A stretch of 64,000 bases of DNA from Octopus vulgaris (taxonomy: Eukaryota). Of the stretch, positions 55,161-64,000 are shown piece by piece. Location: contig OX597838.1 of assembly GCA_951406725.2 (NCBI GenBank), positions 6,820,001-6,884,000 of the forward strand, given 5' to 3'. Made by a program: the position numbers and the translations under genes. The notes under the pieces were generated by a model. It saw only the letters and a program-made list of their open reading frames with translations. It ran no database searches and was not told the DNA's origin. Numbering within the stretch: the first letter of the stretch is position 1; the number at the start of each line of letters is the position of its first letter.

Positions 55161-55807
55161 CTTTTTAGAATGAACGAAATCATTTTCAGTAGTTTTAGTT
55201 GTTGTTGTTGAAAAACTAAATCCGTTCTTCTGTGCGGCGTATAGAACCGGCAACCTTAAAGGATACTTGGCGCGTCGAACAAAATGCTTAGAGACATATT
55301 TCTCTGTGGTTCTTTAGGCTACAATCTACAAAATCTCTCTGAACTTAACTTTGCCTTTCATTGTTTGGGGTTCAGAAACAAAAAGTACCAGTTAAATACA
55401 GGCGCCGGCGCAATCCATTTCTGACCCCCACTCATAACTGCTTGCCCTAGGGGGTGGGGTCGATAATATAAGAACTAGTCAAATACTGGGAAAGATACAA
55501 TCGACATTTCCACTCCCCTGATATTGTTAGCCGTGAACCCTGTCACGACCGTCCCGTTGAGAGTGAATGTTATGTTTTCTGTCATTGTATGCCTTGGAAA
55601 CCAGGTAAGCCGCCATATGTGACCTCCGCGCAAGAAAAACATTTGTTTCAAAGTCTGGCACAAGGGCATCAATATCGGGGCAGGGATTAAGTCGATTACT
55701 TCGAACCCAGCAAAGTCGACATCGGTGGGATGTGAACTCAGAACGTAAAGACGGATGAAATATCGCTAAGCATTTTGTTCAACAGTTACAGAAACAGTTA
55801 CCCAGGG

Positions 55808-56030
55808 AAGGCGGTGAGCTGGCAGAATCGTTAGCACGTCGGGCGAAATGCTTAGCGGTATTTCGTCTGCCGTTACGTTCTGAGTTCAAATTCCGCCGAG
55901 GTCGACTTTGCCTTTCATCCTTTCGGGGTCGATAAATGAAGTACCAGTTACGCACTGGAGGTCGATATGATCAACTTAGTCCGTTTGTCCTCTCCTTGTT
56001 TGTCCCCTCTGTGTGCTGTAAGGAAATAAG
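55808..56030 (+). mobile_element. SINE family A with TSD
   Basis: agaaa(c/t)agttacccagg on both sides. Confidence 0.88.
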
Positions 56031-56524
56031 AAATAGTTACCCAGGTTGACACGCAATGGGACTGAACATGGAACCAGGAGGTGGCGAAGCAAACTGCAAC
56101 CATGCAGCCACGTTTCCGATGTTATTTAACACAAAGGCACAACTGTACAGGCCTACATACAATCAAGGGAAATCGAACCGTGATCAGCCTGTTTATTTAA
56201 GAATGGGCGGACGGGGCCCTTGGATCTCATCATCTATTGTTTCGTTTCTGACCTGAAACTGGTTCTCTGATTAAATGCAGAGGATTTAGAACAAGTTTTA
56301 TTATCTTTCTGGATGGTCCCTCCCCACGCCAAATAAACACACGCGCTGTCTATTCGTTCTTCACTCGTTTATTATTGTTCTTGTTTCATATATGTCCACT
56401 GTCTGGATATCTGTGAGCTCTTCAGCGAACCTTTCCACCCACGTGTACCCTCTTGCTCCGCCTGATCGATTTTGTGCTTCTATGATATGTATCCTTATCT
56501 GCACATGCGTTTGTTTCTGTACAA

Positions 56525-56875
56525 GTTAATTTAAGTTAATTTTTTGGCTCAAAAAGCCAAAAGCAAGGCCATGTAGGGGGACATGGAGTTATGTACAAGG
56601 GTGGTGTTCATGCAAAGAGTTCAGGCCATTTCTGGTCAAGAGAGACTTTGAACCGAGCGGTCGTCGGCATCTTCACTATCTCGTCCAGCAGCTTATCCCA
56701 CGGATCCGCAACTCGGACGGAGAAAGCCCCTCTCCTTCGATTGAGATGAAATCGTCGCAGATAGAGCTTTTCGGAGTGACCCCGCAGCCGACGCTCTGGA
56801 GCAGGAGTGAAGAACAGCTCTTTCGAGAGGTTACACTTTCCGCTTATGATGTTGTGAGCAAGAATGAGATTACCG
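56525..56875 (-). mobile_element. 5'-truncated CR1/L2-group LINE 3' end
   Basis: LILAHNII..RRLRGHSEKLYLRRFHLNRRRGAFSVRVADPWDKL..IVKMPT..FKVSLDQKW* matches the CR1-type 'RGH..KL...FFS.RVV..WN.LP...FK..LD' C-terminus. Short 3' UTR with an aattaactt tandem tail. Confidence 0.88.
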
Positions 56876-57229
56876 TGTACGTGTGTTTTTCTGTGTATGT
56901 ACGTACACCTGTCTATGTGTTTTTGCATGTGTGTGTATGTGAGATTCCCCAAGTTTGTTTCCTTCTTTAGATTGAATGTTTTGTAGCCGCTGTCGCTGTT
57001 TGATGTTAGTTTAGTCCCACGTTAGCACTGCTCGAGGAGATTTATACTCAGTGGTATGCCTACCATGACCATTTTCTCATTTTGTAAGTGAAGGGAAAAT
57101 AGGATAAAAATTAACCGACGTTTCGTCTCCTTTTTACTCTTAAGGCGGTAGGTTTGAGGTTGTCTTAGCTACCATTTTTTTCCACTTAAAAAAATCATTA
57201 AAGATACGCTCGTTAGTTGAGAATATAGT

Positions 57230-57671
57230 ATTATGGTAGTAGTGTTGGTGGTGATGATGTTGCTGGTGTTGGTGGCACTGGCGGTCGCGGTGATGGTGGT
57301 GGTAGGGGTTGGTAGTAAAGATTGTGAAGATGGAGGAGGTGATGGTTGTTTTGGTGGTAATGGTAGTAGCGTTGATGGTAGTCGTGGCGTTGGTGATGAC
57401 AACTATGATGGTGGTGGTGATTTGGTGGTGGTGGTGGTGGTATTGATGGTAGTGATGGTGGTGGAGATGATTGTGATGGTGGTGGTGGCAATTTGGCGTT
57501 GGTGGTTGTGATAGTAGTGATGGTGGTGGTGGTGGTGATGGTGATGATGTTTATGGCGGTGGTTGTAATATCGTGGGGGATAGTGTCGTTGGTAATAGAG
57601 GCGATTATGATGGAGGCGGAGACGATGATGCTAAAGATGATGATGAAGATGATAATGATGAAGATGAGGAC

Positions 57672-57702
<31 letters not shown>

Positions 57703-57790
57703 GTGATGGTGATGGTGGTGGCAGTGTTGGTAGTGGCACTGATGGTGTTGTGTTGGTGGTAGTAGAGGTGGTGTTATCATCTGTGGTGGC
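57230..57790. repeat. Degenerate (GGT)/(GAT) trinucleotide tract
   Basis: Directly visible. Confidence 0.9.
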
Positions 57791-58099
57791 TGCAAGGGGA
57801 TTAACCAAATCTCTCGTATATGCTAAAAGCATTAGAGGGAGGTTTAGGATCATGTGAGCCCGTTTGTAATGGTTCCCACATCTAAAATAGACCAAGTACC
57901 GACCTGACCCCTAACCCCCCTCTTCATAGAACCCCACTTTGAAGCAAGGCTCTTACTTAATGGGAATGATCTAGTTATTTTTATTTGTTTTGTATTATAT
58001 TACTTATTTGGGCCTTTTTTTAAATATTTTTATTGAATTTAATAGTTTTGCCACTCGACATATCTACTTAACACACAGACCGGCTGGAATCAAAACGTA

Positions 58100-58860
58100 T
58101 GTGTGTGTACTTATGTGTGTGTGTGTGTATGCGTGTGAGTGCGTGTGCGTGTGTATATGTATGTGTGTGCCTCTTTCTGTAAGTATATGGTTGTGTGTGT
58201 GTGTCTGCGTGCGTGTGTCTGTCTATGTGTGTATCCCTTTCTATAAGTGCATGTTTGTGTTTGTGTGTGTGTATGCGTATGTGTGTGTGCGTGTGTTTGT
58301 CTCTCTGCGTCTCTCTCTTTCTGTATGCATATGTTTGTATGTGTGTGTGTGTGTCTCTCTTTCTGTAAGTATATGTTTGTGTGTGTGTGTGTCTCTGTGT
58401 GTGTGTGTCTCTCTCTCTTTCTGTAAGTATGTTTGTGTGTGTGTATGTGTGTATGCGTATGTGAGTATGTCTGCGTGTGTGTGTGTGTCTGTCTGTGTAT
58501 TTCTCCCTCTTTCTGTAAGTATATGGCTGTGCGTGTGTTTGTGTGCATGTGTGTATATATGCGTGTCTCTGTGTGTGCCTGTGTTTGAGTGTGTGTGTGT
58601 GTGTGTGTTTGCGTGTATGTATGTGTGTGTGTATTCGTGTGCATGTGTGTGTACGAGAGAGATCGCTCGTATATGTGTGACACATTGTCACTGCAAAAGT
58701 GCATGTTTGTTTTTGTGAGTGCGTATGTATGTGTGTAAGCACGCTCCTATGTATGTGTGAGTGTATAAGAATGTGTGTGTGTGTATGCATGTCTATGTGT
58801 GTGTGCGTGTGTACGAGAGATCGCCTGTGTATGTGTGATACATTCCCCGTATATTTCCAC
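58100..58860. repeat. GT-rich minisatellite with ctctttctgtaagtat motif
   Basis: Motif recurs about six times. Confidence 0.8.
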
Positions 58861-59014
58861 ATATCTGTGCTTATATGTATACTTGTAAGTTTGTGTTTGT
58901 GCCTGTATGGGTATGCAAGAGAGAGAGAAGGAGAGAGAAACAGAGAGAGAGAGAGAGAGAGAGTGAGAGAGAAAGAAAGGAAGAAAGAAAGAAAGAAGAG
59001 CTCATTTGGGTATA

Positions 59015-59297
59015 CTTTTCTACTCTAGGCACAAGGCCCGACATTTTGGGGGCGGGGGGGGGCCAATCGATTAGATCGACCACAGTACGCGGCTGGTACT
59101 TAATTTATCGACCCTGAAAGGATGAAAGGCTGACAAAATACCTATTTTTTACTACCCACAAGGGGACAAACAAGGACAGACAAACGGACTAAGTCAATTA
59201 TATCGATCCCCAGTGCGTAACTGGTACTTCATTTATCGACCCCGAAAGGATGAAAGGCAAAGTCGACCTCGGCAGAATTTGAACTCAGAACGTAACG
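59015..59297 (-). mobile_element. Composite SINE family A
   Basis: Older-type tail plus younger-type body joined at aaatacctattt. Confidence 0.85.
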
Positions 59298-60002
59298 CGT
59301 GTTCGTTTGTGTATTACGTGTGACATACTTGTCAGTAAAGGCGGGCATGATTGTGTGTATGTGTTTGAGTGTACCTCTGTATGTGTGTGCGTGTGTTTGT
59401 GTATGTATGTGTGTGTATTTGTGAGTGCCTGTGTGCGTGTGCGTCACAGAGAGAGAGAGAGAGAGGTGGGGAAGGTGGTTGTGTGTATATGTGTATGCGT
59501 GTCTCTCTGTGCCTGTGTGTGTTTACTTTTGTTTGTACGTGTGTATGTGTTTGTCCCTTGTCGGTCGCGTGTTTTTATTCGTACTCTTGTGCAGGGCAGA
59601 GAAAGAGAGAGAGAGAGAGAGGGAGTGTGTGTGTAAGTGAGTGAGAAGGGGGTACAGAGAGTGAGAAATAAAGAAAACAGACTTACAGACAGGCAGACAG
59701 ACTGGCAGACAGACGGAGAATGTTTGTCTACGTCAGTGAAATATTAAATGTGTGTATGCGTATAAGCATGTATCCCTGTATGTGTGCGTGTGTGTGTGTG
59801 TATCTGTGTGTTGTTGTTGTTGTTATTGCTACTTGTTGAGCCTGGATTTTGCATTCGTGTGTGTAGATGTGTGTATACATCCTCTCGTATTTCTCTTCGT
59901 GTGCCTGTTTATGTGTTCGTGTGTGTAGATACAAGTGTGTGCATGGCCGTTCATTTCCATGTATTTATTGTGTGTGTGATGTTTATGTGTGTGTGTGTGT
60001 GT

Positions 60003-60061
<59 letters not shown>

Positions 60062-60504
60062 TGTGATGGTATGCACGCATGTATTTGTTTTTACACCCTA
60101 ACTTTAATGTTTTTTAAAGTTGTGTGTGTATATATAACTGGCAATATAAACATGTTTATCTCATATAATCAATGGTTGTTTGTGCAAGTATCTTGGTATG
60201 TATGTGTGTGTGTTTGTTTGTTTATGTTTGTTTGTGTGTGTTGGTGTGTGTGACCTATATAAGAGGGACGATGAAATTCCATACTTGTGATTATGGCATA
60301 ATTCTAAAGTTGATAATTTGTTTTTGTTGTTGTTGTGTGTATCCTGTTTGTGATTTTTGTGTTTGTATATATGTGTATGTGTGTGCTTTTGCGTGTGTGC
60401 GTTTTTGCGTGTGCGCGTATGTGTGTATCTGTGTGCGCGTATGTGTGTGTGGTTCTCAATACATATGTTTATCTCAAACTATGAATGTTGTTTGTCCGTT
60501 TACG

Positions 60505-60556
<52 letters not shown>

Positions 60557-60599
60557 CACACACACACATTCGCAAACATTCGCACACGCATGTATATGT

Positions 60600-61146
60600 G
60601 TATGTCGTTGTTCAGTATCATTTCAAGATATCTTGCCAAAAGAGAAAGAGCCGGTTTCTAACCTAAACCCAAGTCTCCTTCATTCAACTTTCAACATCAT
60701 CTACAGGTTATGTATGTATGTATGTATGTATGTATGTGTGTGTGTGTATGTATGTATGTATGTATGTATGTATGTATGTATGTTTGTATGTATGTATGTA
60801 TGTATGTATGTATGTATGTATGTATGTATGCATGCATGTATGTATGTATGTATGTATGTATGCATGTATGTATGTATGTATGTATGTATGTATGTATGTA
60901 TGTATATATGTATGTATGCATGTATGTATGTATGTATGTATGTATGTATGTATGTATGTATGTATGTATGTATGTATGTATGTATGTATGCATGCATGTA
61001 TGTATGTATGTATGCATGTATGTATGTATATATGTATGTATGCATGTATGTATGTATGTATGTATGCATGTATGTATGTATATATGTATGTATGCATGTA
61101 TGTATGTATGTATGTATGTATGTATGTATGTATGCATGTATGTATG

Positions 61147-61180
<34 letters not shown>

Positions 61181-62175
61181 TGTATGTATGTATATATGTA
61201 TGTATGTATGTATGTATGCATGTATGCATGTATGTATGTTTTGTTTTATGTATGCCTTCTCATGCATATATTTACATATCTAGACATGCTCGTATATATT
61301 CAAACGATAAACTTGTGGAAAGTTTTACAGATCTTTACTGTTCCAGTGAAAGATTGGATCATCAGTCCACAAATCAGCTTTCTCCTTTTCGGATTTGAGA
61401 AGCCTAATTTCTTAAGATTCCATTTAGGAAATATGTGTGTCATTGTTCTGTTTATTTCAAGATTTCTTGTCAAGAAAGAACCGGTTCCTAACTCACATCC
61501 AAGGTTCCTTCATTGGAATTTCAACAGCAACGACAGGGTATTTTTGTTTGTATGTATGTATGTATGTATGTATGTATGTATGTATGTATGTATGTATGCA
61601 TGTATGCATGTATGTATGCATGTATGTATGCATGTATGTATGTATGCATGTATGTATGTATGCATGTATGCATGTATGCATGTATGTATGTATGTATGTT
61701 TGTATGTATGTATGCATGTATGTATGTATGTATGTATGCATGTATGCATGTATGTATGTATGTATGTATGTATGTATGTATGCATGTATGTATGTATGTA
61801 TGCATGTATGTATGTATGTATGCATGTATGTATGTATGCATGTATCTATGTATGTATGTATGCATGTATGTATGTATGTATGTATGTATGTATGTATGTA
61901 TGTATGTATGTATGTATGTATGCATGTATGCATGTATGTATGTATGTATGTATGTATGTATGTATGTATGTATGTATGTATGTATGTATGTATGTATGTA
62001 TGTATGCGCAGATTTGTATGCTTTATGTATGTATTCTCATGCATATCGCTACATATCTAGACATGCTCATATATATTTAAATGATAAACTTCTGGAAAGT
62101 TTTACAGATTTTTACAGTTCCAGTGATGGAATCTGTAGTGATTGGATCTGTAGTCTTCGAATTAGCTTTCTCCTT
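60600..62175. repeat. Two tandem copies of a (TATG)n-containing element
   Basis: Paralogous flanks (tttcaagat.tcttg..aagaa..ccggtt.cta..ccttcatt; ctcatgcatat..acatatctagacatgctc..gataaactt.tggaaagttttacagat) enclose two long TATG arrays. Confidence 0.88.
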
Positions 62176-62589
62176 ACTAATACTAATTACTCAAGATTGG
62201 TATTTAAGCAGTGTGTTACGTACCACAGTGTATGTGATACAATTATTTAAATTCTATTTCTGAGGTAGAAGCTGTTTTCTACTCAGAAAATGTTTGCAGA
62301 ATTTAACTGTTCCACTTACGGACTGAACTGGTAATATGCTACCTAGTAGACTGATGTTGTTCTTTCCTGATAATCCTAGCTTACCCAGATTGTTAGTTAG
62401 GTGTTTATTCACTTAAACTAGGGCACCAATTATCATTGGCATAAACGTGGTGGGGGGTGTGGGGGGGAACCAGATGAAAGGTCCTTCTCGAGCCAGCGAC
62501 TAACAAGTCCGATTTTCTGGATTTAGGGTCGAATATTTTTTTATCCGCTGGTGGGTGGGGAACTCCGGTCCGTTGCGTGGTTACACATT

Positions 62590-62870
62590 TTTGCCAGCTG
62601 AGTGAAGTAGAACGGTATGAAGTAATTTGTTTTGCTCAAGAACACAACTTATCGGCCGATCCTGGATTAGAAACCACAATCTTACCATCATGTGTGCAAC
62701 ACCATAACCACTACGCCACGCCCTCCACTCGCCATCCCTTTTATCTCTTACTTGTTTCAGTCATTTGACTGTGGCCATGCCGGAGCACCACCTGTAGTCG
62801 AGCAAATAGACCCCAGGACTTATTCTTTGGAAGCCTAGTACTTATTCTTTTGGTCTCTTTTGCCGAAACA
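62590..62870 (-). mobile_element. SINE C-variant head plus SINE B 3' half
   Basis: ttgccagctgagtg..ttttgctcaagaacacaac and cttgtttcagtcatttgactgtggccatgc. Confidence 0.8.
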
Positions 62871-63413
62871 TTAAAATATATTGTCCTCAATATATCTTAG
62901 TATTTCGGTGTCGATAAATTAAGTACCAGTTGTGGACTGGGGTCGATCTAAACGACTTAGCCCCCCTCCCCGAACTTGCTGGCCTCGTGCCGAAATTCGA
63001 AACTTATCTCCTTAAGCATAATTAAGACTGAGACAAAAATAGAACGTCTCGTCAAAGCCAACTTTTTTTCGAAGAAAAGTGAGACCCCGTTTGTATAATC
63101 TGATAGTGCGGAAAATTTGCACTTAAAATATGTGTGGAGGTCATGGCCAGAGCGCATTTAACTACTAAACCTTGTGTATAATCGATCAGAGCCAATCCGG
63201 GGTTCTTCATCATCATCATCATCATCGTCATCATCGTCATCATCATTTATGACATCGCCGCCATGATTATCATTCACAATGGAAACATTAATAAAATCGA
63301 AATATTTCATGAGACGTCTTTGTATTCCAAAATAATGGAAAGCCATGGCTCCGTACAAACGGAAATACAACAGCACCAGCAGCTCTAGTAGTAGTAGTAG
63401 TAGTAGTAGTAAC

Positions 63414-63457
<44 letters not shown>

Positions 63458-63558
63458 CTATTACTATTGTTAGTGTTGTCGTTTAGCAACAGGACGTCAG
63501 TCATCAATATAAATATAGAAAGATGGACAAGCATATGTACGCATGTGTATATATGTGT

Positions 63559-63609
<51 letters not shown>

Positions 63610-64000
63610 ACAACAACAACAACAGGAGCAACAACAACAACAACACCAGCTAGAAGAAGTTACTTATTCCTGTGTGGCTTACAGTGCGACGTGGTTTCGA
63701 TTCCAGGTCGATACAAGTTCACTCAACTGATGGAATTAATCTTATTAAAAGAAACATGAAAGTTATTATAAATCTCCCATTTCTCCCCTAAAATTACAAA
63801 AGCAAAAGAACTATATTAATTATTTATGAAACTGATGTACATCCTCCGTCGCTTTCCACGACGGCAACACACTTGTTCTATCAAATAAGTTACATAACTT
63901 TGCTCGCGTAAAAATAATTTGTTGACCATTGCCAATTAACGTAAAAATGTATGTGTATTCGATTAGCGTAATTTATGTACTCGTTCTGTGTATCGTAATT

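Noticed and set aside
57145-57147. 3-nt microexon ttactcttaag|GCG|gtaggt, and a possible exon ending CAG|gtaagc near 55604
   Set aside because: Splice-like motifs alone arise by chance in 64 kb, and there is no supporting structure or homology.

Overview
AT-rich, microsatellite-saturated eukaryotic DNA, most likely intronic sequence from an octopus (cephalopod). This is inferred from the SINE families and the (AT)n/(GATA)n/(TAA)n density, not proven. No intact protein-coding gene could be identified, and nearly all ORFs in the track are translations of simple repeats. The window holds dozens of tRNA-derived SINEs in about four families. It also holds decayed R4/Dong, CR1/L2-like, RTE-like and Penelope (GIY-YIG) retroelement fragments, a Helitron helicase remnant and a complete non-autonomous Helitron. 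The most striking unexplained signal is at 42.7-50.2 kb, where short unique islands between microsatellites are reverse-complementary in nested order. G:U wobbles work on the + strand, suggesting a roughly 7.5 kb long-range RNA duplex enclosing candidate small + strand exons. Similar structured splice-site islands occur at 18.6, 26.6, 32.1 and 46.9 kb. SINE behaviour is also notable: repeated insertion into its own family at a fixed site, and parallel insertion of two different SINEs at the same site of a duplicated segment. All pairings and alignments were made by eye.
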